Source: an uncultured Pseudomonadota bacterium (GTDB taxonomy: Bacteria > Pseudomonadota > Alphaproteobacteria > RF32 > CAG-239). From it: 62,655 nucleotides of DNA. The DNA is taken from assembly GCA_902763905.1 (NCBI GenBank), contig CACWUA010000002.1, positions 6,075 to 68,729 on the forward strand. Direction: 5' to 3'. The notes beneath the pieces were generated by a model. That model saw nothing but the letters and a program-made list of their open reading frames with translations. It ran no database searches and had not been told where the DNA came from. Each line of letters opens with the position of its first letter. Positions within the stretch are counted from its first letter, which is position 1. Below are positions 9,672 through 19,600 of the stretch, piece by piece. Both the position numbers and the translations under genes were made by a program.

Positions 9672-10985
9672 ATGAAGAAGACGCTCATTTCAGGAATATA
9701 TGTTTTTTCAGCGTTCTTAATAGTAACCATATCCGGTTGCATGAGTAGCAGTGAGGTTGTTCAAATGACACCGGAAGCTCAGGCTAAACAGCTTAAGTAT
9801 GAGTATGAGCACAACATGCAGTTGATGGAAGCGGAACCTGTACATAAAGATCCACAAGATCCGTTTATGATCCGAACAACCGAAGGCGCGAACGCTTTAG
9901 ACTTGGAAACACCTTTGCGTTGTAATGTAAACTGGGAAACGCAGCAAATGATTTTGACTTTGCCTTATGTTCGCTCGGCATTTAAGTTGGAAAGAAACGG
10001 GCAAAATGATGCGTTGCCGCGATTTGATGTTACCGGTTTTTCGTTTGATATGATGCCGGCAGAGCAGGCATTGGTGCGCCTGACAAAAGAGGCCGGAATC
10101 CGAGTTTCTTCCGCTGACGGGCCATATACCAGCATTTCCGCACAAGATTTGAAAGGTGAATTTTCCGAGGTTATAAAAATGATTGCCGAATCGGCGGATA
10201 TCTATTACACCTATAATGCAAAAGATAAAATTTTGACCTTAAGCCGCCGTGTTAATATGACACTTTATACTCCGCATTCTCGTCCGATTATATTGGGACT
10301 GATGGATGTTATTCGCGGAGCCGGCATTACTAATATTACAACCAACTGGGCTGATTATTCTATAACGTTTGATGCTGATGTTGAAACGCAAAAAAAGATG
10401 ATGGAGCTGATTAAGATTTTTGAAAACAGTCCAACTTTGGTTGCCTATGATGTCAGTGTGTTCCGCTTATATCCAAATGATCCGACCAGAGATATAGAAT
10501 GGAAAGAGATGCTGAATGCTTTTGATTTCGGTGCTATTACCACTGCGCAAACCGGCGTTATCGGACGCGTTTTAACCACAACCAATGATATATCCGTTGA
10601 AAAACTGCGCCAATTTTTAGGCAGTCAGGCGCGAATTGAAACCGTATCAGAGGGTAAGTTTGTAGTTCCGAATTTATGGCTGGCTCGTTTTGATATCGGC
10701 AAATGCAGTCAACCGGGGGCGGATCCGTATGGAATGTCCGTATTAGCTAAAGCATCGGTTGAGAAAAACAACGAAATATTTACGGATGTTACGGTTGAAG
10801 TTACCGATGGTCAAGTCACTAAGTTCAATATCCGCAATAAACTGGGCGAAAACTTTTTGATTATCGGTATGCCGAATGAATTGTTTGGGGTTCATTCACC
10901 TAAGTCAGAAACAATTATATTTATGGTTCCGCGTATCATCAGAACCTTAAAGACCAGTGAAACAATTAAAAATAAGATAAAATAA
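9672..10985 (+). CDS. Outer-membrane lipoprotein with secretin-like architecture (degenerate secretin C-domain)
   Basis: ATG at 9672 follows AGGA. Signal peptide with lipobox (FLIVTISG|C). The C-terminal ...GENFLIIGMPNELFGVHSPKSETIIFMVPRIIRT resembles the secretin C-terminal consensus (viGG..iP.lG.LF....eL.i.vtP.ii). Confidence 0.45.
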   Translation: MKKTLISGIYVFSAFLIVTISGCMSSSEVVQMTPEAQAKQLKYEYEHNMQLMEAEPVHKDPQDPFMIRTTEGANALDLETPLRCNVNWETQQMILTLPYVRSAFKLERNGQNDALPRFDVTGFSFDMMPAEQALVRLTKEAGIRVSSADGPYTSISAQDLKGEFSEVIKMIAESADIYYTYNAKDKILTLSRRVNMTLYTPHSRPIILGLMDVIRGAGITNITTNWADYSITFDADVETQKKMMELIKIFENSPTLVAYDVSVFRLYPNDPTRDIEWKEMLNAFDFGAITTAQTGVIGRVLTTTNDISVEKLRQFLGSQARIETVSEGKFVVPNLWLARFDIGKCSQPGADPYGMSVLAKASVEKNNEIFTDVTVEVTDGQVTKFNIRNKLGENFLIIGMPNELFGVHSPKSETIIFMVPRIIRTLKTSETIKNKIK

Positions 10986-10996
10986 GGGAGGATGTT

Positions 10997-11614
10997 ATGG
11001 AAGAAAATCAGAGCATGCCTAAAGTTCGTAAACTGAGAAAAATAAAAAGATCCAAACCACAAGAACAACCGCTGTCTTTTGGAACCCCGACAAAAGTTAA
11101 TTATTCTCAACCGGATTCATTTTTGGAAAAGGCATATAATCAGGAGTCCGAGGAAAACACCGTATTTGACAATAATGGCGATGCGGAGAACATCCATTTT
11201 ATTACTGAAGAAGAATTAATACCGCAAACTCAAGATTCAATATCCGTACTATTGCGCAATAAAACCGTGTTTATGTTGCTGATAATTGCAGGACTTATCG
11301 GGGCTATAACGGGATATCTGATGGCACCTTCAGCCAACGCCCCTGCTGCACGCGGGCTTGATGGTGTTGTTATCAACTCGGATATACCGGCAGGTCGCAG
11401 CCGTTGCGGTATTGCCGAGCCGCATCAGGGATGCGTTTTGTATATCATGAACCCGAAAAATCAGGAAGTCCAAGGCAAGTATTTCTATAATACGGCTGCG
11501 AAATGGACCAATCGCGAACGTTATCTAATTGAGACCAGCAATATGCACTACAGTTCTACACGGATTAAGCCGGGATATATTGCACAAATAAATATTCCGC
11601 CGCTTACATATTAA
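10997..11614 (+). CDS. Bitopic membrane protein (cytoplasmic N-tail, one TM, about 95-aa periplasmic domain with 2 Cys)
   Basis: GGGAGG RBS 5 nt upstream. TM segment VFMLLIIAGLIGAITGYLMAP. Starts 11 nt after the preceding gene. Confidence 0.6.
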   Translation: MEENQSMPKVRKLRKIKRSKPQEQPLSFGTPTKVNYSQPDSFLEKAYNQESEENTVFDNNGDAENIHFITEEELIPQTQDSISVLLRNKTVFMLLIIAGLIGAITGYLMAPSANAPAARGLDGVVINSDIPAGRSRCGIAEPHQGCVLYIMNPKNQEVQGKYFYNTAAKWTNRERYLIETSNMHYSSTRIKPGYIAQINIPPLTY

Positions 11615-11676
11615 ATTTAATGATAAATCATTCAACCCCCATTAAAATGGGGGTAGTCTGTATGGCATTAATGCAG

Positions 11677-11705
11677 AAAGCCGATAATTATATCGGCTTT
11701 TTATT
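11677..11705. terminator. Bidirectional Rho-independent terminator between the convergent + operon and atpG
   Basis: Stem AAAGCCGATA (11677-11686) pairs with TATCGGCTTT (11691-11700), flanked by T-rich sequence. It overlaps the atpG stop codon. Confidence 0.6.
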
Positions 11706-12590
11706 GTTGTTTTTTTCGTTCATGGCATTGGCTCCGGAAACCACATCAATTAACTCCCCTGTTATTTCCTCCTGCCTTTGCTGCTGAAATTCCAAATTCA
11801 TTGTTGCTAAATTTTCATCAATATTTTTTTCAGCGTTCTGCATATTAGTCATACGTATAAAATGTTCTGCCGCCAATGAAGAATTGATTTGCTTTGCCAG
11901 TGCTATCATCATTATTTCACCGACAAGTGCCGCAAACATTTTACCTTTATCAACCGGCATCATCGGAATATTGTTGGTATCCCACTTTTTATTTTTAAGT
12001 TTTAGCAAACTATCGGCATCAACCGGCAAAATTTTTTTCATTTCAACTGCCGTATTACCGGTATTACCGCGACGATGATAACATATATAGATATCGGTTA
12101 TACGCTGACTGCGCATCGCCTGTTCTATACGCATGATTATTGTTTCTGCCAATGAAATTACAGCCTTTACCGAATTAGAGGTGGCATAACCGGCTATCAG
12201 GCGTAAATCGGCTTGTTCTGCCAATTGTGATAATCTCTTACCGATAGTGATAAAACAGGTGCTGTCCGCAGCAATTTTACGCGTTTTGATAAATGACTGC
12301 ACATATTCGATTATTTCTCGATTGAAACGCCCTACCATACCGTTATCGGAGCCAATAATAATAGTCAGATAACGAGAATTACGAGAATTGGCTGAGATAA
12401 ATTGAGGTATCCCGTCGTGCATTGCTAAAATGTGAATTGCATCGCGCAAATTGCGTTGATACTTTTCCAATACAATGTTGGCTTGTTCATATTGCAATAT
12501 GCTGACAGATGACAATGTTTTCATATTGCCGACAATTTCCCGCAATTCCTGAGTAGTTTTTATTTTTCGCTGTAACGCTTCTGCCGGCAT
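11688..12590 (-). CDS. atpG: N-type ATPase gamma subunit
   Basis: Last gene of the atpDCQRBEFAG order; gamma-like length and termini. Confidence 0.8.
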   Translation of the reverse strand: MPAEALQRKIKTTQELREIVGNMKTLSSVSILQYEQANIVLEKYQRNLRDAIHILAMHDGIPQFISANSRNSRYLTIIIGSDNGMVGRFNREIIEYVQSFIKTRKIAADSTCFITIGKRLSQLAEQADLRLIAGYATSNSVKAVISLAETIIMRIEQAMRSQRITDIYICYHRRGNTGNTAVEMKKILPVDADSLLKLKNKKWDTNNIPMMPVDKGKMFAALVGEIMMIALAKQINSSLAAEHFIRMTNMQNAEKNIDENLATMNLEFQQQRQEEITGELIDVVSGANAMNEKNNNKKPI

Positions 12591-12595
12591 CTGCT

Positions 12596-14098
12596 CTATT
12601 CCTCACCGCTCATAATTTGAGAAAAAACTTGTATCATCTTTTCCATATCAGTATCGGATATCTTCTGCCGCATTTCAATGGAATGCGCAATTTTTTTAAA
12701 TCTGGTATTAAACACGCGTAATATGGTTTCTTGAGCACGGATGCTATCCGCAGTATCCATACCGTCAAACAAACCGACGTTAGCTGCTGCAAATATTGCT
12801 ATTTGTTCGGCAGCGCTCAACGGTGAAAAACGCCGTTGCTGCAAAACCGATCGAACTGCTTGACCGCGAGTTATGCGCTGCTGCGTCTCTTTATCAAGCT
12901 GTGTACCGAATTTGGTAAAAGATTCCAACTCTTCAAATTGCGCATAAAAGAGCTTAAGAGGTCCCACCACCGACTTATAGGCAGGAAGCTGAGCGTCTCC
13001 TCCCACGCGGGAAACCGATCGGCCGGTATCGATTGCCGGCATCATACCTTTTTGAAACATTTGCGCCGAAAGATATATCTGACCATCGGTAATTGAAATA
13101 ATGTTTGTCGGAATATAAGCCGAAATATTACCGGCTTCGGTGGAAACAATCGGCAAAGCGGTTAAGGAGCCACCGCCGACTTCTGCACGCAAATGAGTTG
13201 CTCGCTCCAATAAGCGCGAGTGAATATAGAAAATATCACCCGGAAAAGCTTCGCGCCCAGGTGGCCGACGCAACAATAATGACATTTGCCGATAGGCGCG
13301 GGCGTGGCTGGTTAAATCATCATACACCACCAAAACATCATATCCCTGCTGCATAAAATATTCACCTATGGTAGTAGCTGCGTATGGTGCAATAAATTGC
13401 ATTCCGGCTTCATCATCAGCGGCTGCCGATACCACTATGGTTTTATCCATAACATCATATTTTTGCAAATCGGCGATAATAGTTGCCACAGCGGCATTAC
13501 GCTGCCCGATAGCACAATAAATGCTGATTACTCCGCTGTTTTTCTGATTGATTATCGTATCAAGTGCGATTGCCGTTTTACCGGTTTGACGATCACCCAA
13601 TATCAACTCTCGCTGACCGCGTCCGATAGGCGTAAAAGCATCTACAGCTTTGATTCCGGTTTGCAAAGGTGTATCAACAGGTGCGCGATCCATAATCGGA
13701 ACCGCTTCTACTTCTATTGGGCGACGTTCATCGTAACTATACGGACCTTTGCCGTCAAGCGGCTCTCCTAAAGGATTTATTACCCGTCCCAATAAATTTT
13801 CGGTTACCGGAACATCAGAAACACGACCGGTACGGGCAACTTTGTCGCCGGCTTTAATTTTGGAAGGATTATCCAAAAACACAACACCTACAGTATCACG
13901 ATTCAGAGTTTGCACCATACCCTTAACATTGTGCGAAAACTGCAATAATTCATCCATTTGAGCATTTTTAAGTCCGCTGACGAGCGCCGTTCCTGAAGAA
14001 ACGGACTGCACCTCGCTTATTTCTTCCTTCTTGAGCGTTACGTCAGTTTTATCAATGCTTTGCTTTATGGCTTGCAATGTTTGTTTTGCTTCAATCAT
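12596..14098 (-). CDS. atpA: N-type ATPase alpha subunit
   Basis: Walker A GDRQTGKT and typical alpha-subunit sequence throughout. Confidence 0.95.
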   Translation of the reverse strand: MIEAKQTLQAIKQSIDKTDVTLKKEEISEVQSVSSGTALVSGLKNAQMDELLQFSHNVKGMVQTLNRDTVGVVFLDNPSKIKAGDKVARTGRVSDVPVTENLLGRVINPLGEPLDGKGPYSYDERRPIEVEAVPIMDRAPVDTPLQTGIKAVDAFTPIGRGQRELILGDRQTGKTAIALDTIINQKNSGVISIYCAIGQRNAAVATIIADLQKYDVMDKTIVVSAAADDEAGMQFIAPYAATTIGEYFMQQGYDVLVVYDDLTSHARAYRQMSLLLRRPPGREAFPGDIFYIHSRLLERATHLRAEVGGGSLTALPIVSTEAGNISAYIPTNIISITDGQIYLSAQMFQKGMMPAIDTGRSVSRVGGDAQLPAYKSVVGPLKLFYAQFEELESFTKFGTQLDKETQQRITRGQAVRSVLQQRRFSPLSAAEQIAIFAAANVGLFDGMDTADSIRAQETILRVFNTRFKKIAHSIEMRQKISDTDMEKMIQVFSQIMSGEE

Positions 14099-14873
14099 CT
14101 TTTCCTCGATTTAAGAATTGGGTTGCTTCCTTGTGCAAATTTTGGCCGAACTCGTACAAATATTCGCTTAAATTCCATGAAATAAGCTGTTCGTCCGCAG
14201 CAATACAGAGACCGCCGATAAGTTCGGAATTAACAGTAAAATCAAACGTTACAGACCGAGACAAACCCCAGACAGTCCGTAAAAAATCTTCAAGTTTTAC
14301 TTTATTTGCAACACTGAGAATCGATGCTGATTGAACTTCTATTTGCTTTTTATTCTGAAATGCTTCAGCATATTCGGCTTGCTTTTGCGGAGATAGAGAT
14401 GCTATTTGCTTTATCAATATTTCAACAGCAGCATCATTAATATCAATATTGGCAATCTGTCGCAGTGCTTTTTGCGCAAAATGATTGAATTGCACAGAAA
14501 CCGCTTTTTGCATAACAGAATCAAATCCGTTCTGTTCCGCTTCCATTCGTCGACGCCACTGTTTTTGCTTATTGATATACTCTGTATGTGCGCGCTCAGT
14601 CAATTCAGCCGCAAGCTCATCTGCTTCCTGATGTGCCTGTTGCAAGATTTCTTGTTTTTGCGCCTCTAATTTCTGCATCTGCTTTTCACATGCTTTTACT
14701 GTTTGCTGTGCTTTTTTTTGCGCTTCTTCAGCAGCCGATAATTCATCTGCCACCGCTTTTTGTCTTGCTTCAACCGCTTTTAGTACCGGCAAATACAAAA
14801 ACTTTCGCAGTAAAAAAAGCAAAATCAGCAAATTTATGACTTGTGCCACCAGTGTAAAAAGATCAATCCCCAT
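14091..14873 (-). CDS. atpF: N-type ATPase b subunit with a delta/OSCP-like C-terminal domain (b-delta fusion)
   Basis: N-terminal TM plus a long charged helix. The C-terminal ...NSELIGGLCIAADEQLISWNLSEYL matches the delta-subunit eLIGG...gd..iD.S motif. No separate atpH is present. Confidence 0.75.
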   Translation of the reverse strand: MGIDLFTLVAQVINLLILLFLLRKFLYLPVLKAVEARQKAVADELSAAEEAQKKAQQTVKACEKQMQKLEAQKQEILQQAHQEADELAAELTERAHTEYINKQKQWRRRMEAEQNGFDSVMQKAVSVQFNHFAQKALRQIANIDINDAAVEILIKQIASLSPQKQAEYAEAFQNKKQIEVQSASILSVANKVKLEDFLRTVWGLSRSVTFDFTVNSELIGGLCIAADEQLISWNLSEYLYEFGQNLHKEATQFLNRGKDD

Positions 14874-14892
14874 CGGTCCTCACGTAATTATT

Positions 14893-15162
14893 TTATTGAT
14901 TGACGGCATAATTCCAAAACGGATTGGCGTAAAGCGTCAAAAACGCTATCAAAAGCGCATATAACGCTGTTGTTTCCAACATTGCCAAGGTTACAAACAT
15001 TGTTGAACGAATCCGACCTGCCTCATCAGGTTGCTGAGCCATAGCTGTCAGAGCAGCAGCCGCAGCCTGCCCCTCACCAAGTGCCGAACCGATACTGCCG
15101 ATGCCCATACATAAACAGGCACCTAAAACCGAAACCGCTCCGATTATTGCATAAGAATCCAT
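14893..15162 (-). CDS. atpE: N-type ATPase c subunit with a full Na+-ligand set
   Basis: ATG at 15162 follows AAGGAG. An 89-aa hairpin protein. GEGQ and LETTALY match the I. tartaricus ligands Q32, E65, S/T66, T67 and Y70. Confidence 0.9.
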   Translation of the reverse strand: MDSYAIIGAVSVLGACLCMGIGSIGSALGEGQAAAAALTAMAQQPDEAGRIRSTMFVTLAMLETTALYALLIAFLTLYANPFWNYAVNQ

Positions 15163-15178
15163 TTTTTTCTCCTTTACA

Positions 15179-15919
15179 TTAAGTTGATAATTGTTCGTTC
15201 TCCGCTCTGACACTTGAAGTATAAACAAGTGCCAATAGCGCAAAAATATAAGCTTGGATTGAACCGGTCAGCAGTCCCAGTGTTTGCATGGTAAGCGGTG
15301 CCACAAACGGGATAAATGCGCTTAATATTCCGGCAAACATCACTCCGCTCAGCATATTACCAAACAAACGTAATCCCATGGCAAACACCGAAAATATCTC
15401 ACTAAATATATTCATCGGCAGCAACAAAGGGACCGGTTCGATAAATTTTCTCAGATATCCTTTGACACCGGCATTCTTAATAGAAAAATACGGAATAGCC
15501 AAGAATACAACCAATGCCAAAGCCATAGTTGTACTCAATGATGCTGTGGGCGGTCTGAACCATGGAATGAATGTAAGTAAATTAGCGGTGACAATAAAGC
15601 AAAACAAACCTAGAGCCATTGCAAAATATTTTTGACTGGCAGAACCGCTGGTTTCTTTTGCTTCTTTTTGCATCCAAATAACCAATGTTTCCAATATAAT
15701 TTGCAGTTTGGAAATACTTCTGCCGTTGTCGATTTTTCGCGTTGTCAACCAAGAAACAATTGTTATCAGAGCCATAACAATCCATGTATTAAAAATTGTA
15801 ACGTTGATGCTAAAATCACCGCACGCGATGAGCTTTATCGAATCAAAATTCTCCAATCCGATTGTTTTATCACTCCACGGCAAATCAAGCCAATGCGAAA
15901 AATCCGTTCTGCAAATCAT
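15179..15919 (-). CDS. atpB: N-type ATPase a subunit
   Basis: Polytopic protein; LRLFGNMLSG contains the conserved stator Arg. Confidence 0.9.
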   Translation of the reverse strand: MICRTDFSHWLDLPWSDKTIGLENFDSIKLIACGDFSINVTIFNTWIVMALITIVSWLTTRKIDNGRSISKLQIILETLVIWMQKEAKETSGSASQKYFAMALGLFCFIVTANLLTFIPWFRPPTASLSTTMALALVVFLAIPYFSIKNAGVKGYLRKFIEPVPLLLPMNIFSEIFSVFAMGLRLFGNMLSGVMFAGILSAFIPFVAPLTMQTLGLLTGSIQAYIFALLALVYTSSVRAENEQLST

Positions 15920-16257
15920 TTTTTATCCGTCAAATCCTTTGCCTCTTCAGTTATGTAGCGGCTTTTTTCTACCCAAATTATCCCGACTTTGGTCAGGAAA
16001 AATGCCAGAATATACAGTAAAATAACGGCAATGTTGCGGTGTCCGATTAAAATTAAAACCCCGAAAAACAACGTTATACGACATAGTGCGACCACTGCAT
16101 ATAACCTTACTTTGTGCTCCAATTTGCCATAATGATTTATACTCCAGCGCAAACTGTAAAAATATATCAGCCCAACTACAACACCGCTCAACAATGCTGC
16201 AATCAATCTCCATTCCTCAGCATTTTGCCACATCAGTTCCAAATATCCGCTATTCAT
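15916..16257 (-). CDS. atpR: N-ATPase accessory membrane protein AtpR
   Basis: About 113 aa with 3 TM helices and an Arg in a TM helix (SLRWSI). Its position between atpQ and atpB is diagnostic of N-ATPase operons. Confidence 0.7.
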   Translation of the reverse strand: MNSGYLELMWQNAEEWRLIAALLSGVVVGLIYFYSLRWSINHYGKLEHKVRLYAVVALCRITLFFGVLILIGHRNIAVILLYILAFFLTKVGIIWVEKSRYITEEAKDLTDKK

Positions 16258-16591
16258 TTTTTCCTCCTTTTTTCAGCGCGTCCATTTTTGCATCTAACTC
16301 GGCAATTTTACGATTTTCTATTGCAACCCACATATAAGCATTAAATATTCCCCATACAAATCCTACAAACAAAAATGACAACCGCCAAGAAAATTTTTGC
16401 GGAGCCGTCTCATCCAAATATCCACCGAACCATATTCCCAACAATACCGGTATAATAATCACCCCACCGAGAGAAGCTATCATTCCGAATCCGGAGCGCC
16501 AACGTCTGTACGGCCGTTGTTTAAGTAATTCTGCCTTATAAACCAGTTCATCACGCACTTTGGCATTTTGTACTTTTTCAAATTCTACCAT
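16250..16591 (-). CDS. atpQ: N-ATPase accessory membrane protein AtpQ (AtpI-like)
   Basis: Small 2-TM protein directly after atpC. I chose the internal Met (MVEFEK...) because the 16699 start would overlap atpC by about 120 nt. Confidence 0.65.
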   Translation of the reverse strand: MVEFEKVQNAKVRDELVYKAELLKQRPYRRWRSGFGMIASLGGVIIIPVLLGIWFGGYLDETAPQKFSWRLSFLFVGFVWGIFNAYMWVAIENRKIAELDAKMDALKKGGKNE

Positions 16592-16981
16592 TAAACTCGC
16601 CTTTACTGAGTTGGCCAAAGCCGCGAATAATTCCCAATTCCAGACGTGCCATGGCACTGTTGAACTCTTTTCTGCGCTCATCGGTTTGCTTAAAATCACG
16701 GTTGATAACCTCGGTCAGCTCATCGAGAGTGTCTCCCGTAACTGCATTTTGCACCGTTATTGTTACGACCGCACCTTTTTTAACAACAATACCGCGATGG
16801 CACGCCACATATTTTTCCTCATTTTGTTCAGTAGTATAAGTAACGATGTTTTCACCCATTGCCGCCGCAAAATCAACATGCTTAGGCAACAATGTGTAAT
16901 AGCCGTTCAAAGTTTCTACGGTAATTTTTTTTATTTTGCTTTTCAATACTTCTCCCAACGGAGTAAACACCATCAATTTCA

Positions 16982-16982
<1 letters not shown>
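16578..16982 (-). CDS. atpC: N-type ATPase epsilon subunit
   Basis: Epsilon-like 134-aa protein; ATGA overlap with the atpD stop at 16982. Confidence 0.85.
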
Positions 16983-18442
<1,460 letters not shown>

Positions 18443-18513
18443 TCAATCTTACCGAAAAGAATATATTAATTCGGTTAACTTAATCTTAAAAAGCAGTGAA
18501 AACGACTGTTTTT

Positions 18514-18933
18514 TCAAAGTTGGCGCAATATGGCCGCAATTATCGGCTTATCAGCCGGCGCAAAATCATATTGATTCAGTTCACGCAGTTCCACCCATTT
18601 ATATTGCTCATGTTCCAAAACAGCCGGAACATCTTTGCTTTGACAGGTAGCCCAGAATGCGTGCAAAATAATGGTGCCAAAATCATATTCATATTGCGAA
18701 TCAATAAAATGTTCGCCGACATTAATTTCCAACTGCATTTCTTCCATCAGTTCACGCACCAAACACTCTGGCAAAGTCTCTCCTTTTTCCAGTTTACCTC
18801 CGGGGAATTCCCATTTATATTCCAAACTTTTACCGTGTTTGCGTTGACCGATAAGTATTTTACCATCGCACATTATTAAACCGGCCGCCACATCACGTAC
18901 CGATTGAGAATTTATTTTTTCCGACGTATCCAT
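18514..18933 (-). CDS. mutT: Nudix hydrolase, MutT-like (8-oxo-dGTP diphosphatase)
   Basis: Nudix box GGKLEKGETLPECLVRELMEEMQL. ATG at 18933 is preceded by GGAGG. Confidence 0.8.
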   Translation of the reverse strand: MDTSEKINSQSVRDVAAGLIMCDGKILIGQRKHGKSLEYKWEFPGGKLEKGETLPECLVRELMEEMQLEINVGEHFIDSQYEYDFGTIILHAFWATCQSKDVPAVLEHEQYKWVELRELNQYDFAPADKPIIAAILRQL

Positions 18934-19024
18934 TTTGCCTCCGTAACACAATACTTTGTAGCATATTGACACCGCTTTGACAACGAATATATATAACATG
19001 TTCACAATAATTAAGGAGAAGGAC

Positions 19025-19276
19025 ATGAAGAAAATTTTTGCACTTTTGGCAGTTGCGCTTATTGGCATTTCCGCCGCCGACTGTATGGCCGGTAATCATG
19101 AATATAAAAACACGGAAGAATACAAAAAATTGGATAGCAATATGCGCACGGACTTGCAAAGTTGCCTCAGCAACACATCAATGACCACCGGAGACTGTAT
19201 TAAACAAACCAAGGAAAAATATAAAGAACAGAAAAAGATGATAAAAAAAGAATATAAGCATAAGATGAAAATGTAA
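19025..19276 (+). CDS. Small secreted Lys-rich protein (83 aa)
   Basis: AAGGAGAAGG RBS followed by MKKIFALLAVALIGISAADC, a signal peptide. Confidence 0.5.
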   Translation: MKKIFALLAVALIGISAADCMAGNHEYKNTEEYKKLDSNMRTDLQSCLSNTSMTTGDCIKQTKEKYKEQKKMIKKEYKHKMKM

Positions 19277-19344
19277 TACTTATTCCTGTATGAAAATATA
19301 CTACACAAAATGCAAAGAATTTAGTTATCACTCGGCTAGCATGT

Positions 19345-19555
19345 TGGCGCAGTGTACAACAAAAAGGTACATAAGCCAAAAAAATCCGGAGAATGGTTCT
19401 GATAGAAAAAGAGCGTTTTTCGCGGTGTACAAAAGAGGTACATAAGAAAAAAAATCCGGAGAATGAGGTAAATACGAAGGGGGATTTTGATGACGTGTAC
19501 ACAAATAGTACACGAAGAAAAATCCCCCAAGTAGTTACCCATTATACGGATTTTT
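19345..19555. repeat. Modular intergenic repeat, locus 1 (three units of about 70-73 nt, ending in a long hairpin and a conserved tail)
   Basis: GTGTAC cores at 19352, 19425 and 19495. Hairpin 19479-19528 (GGGGGATTTT...CGTGTAC...GTACACG...AAAATCCCCC). Tail AGTAGTTACCCATTATACGGATTTTT is shared with locus 3. Confidence 0.85.
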
Positions 19556-19600
19556 GCCTACCATGAGTAGGTGGTGCGACGAATATACTTACTCAGCCTC

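Noticed and set aside
19200-19542. Small ORFs inside the repeat loci with similar peptides (MYTSSKSPF.../MYTSSESLF..., ...DFSSCT[IF]CVHV...), also at 47330-47608 and 49541-49840
   Set aside because: The similarity follows from nucleotide repeat conservation. Frames are not consistent across the three loci, there are no RBSs, and the peptides are low-complexity.
19345-19555. Possible CRISPR array, because the intergenic units have a periodicity of about 70 nt (also at 47377-47633 and 49689-49881)
   Set aside because: The repeats are imperfect. The sequences between the cores are themselves conserved between loci, so they are not unique spacers. The period is irregular (66-73 nt). No cas genes or leader are present.
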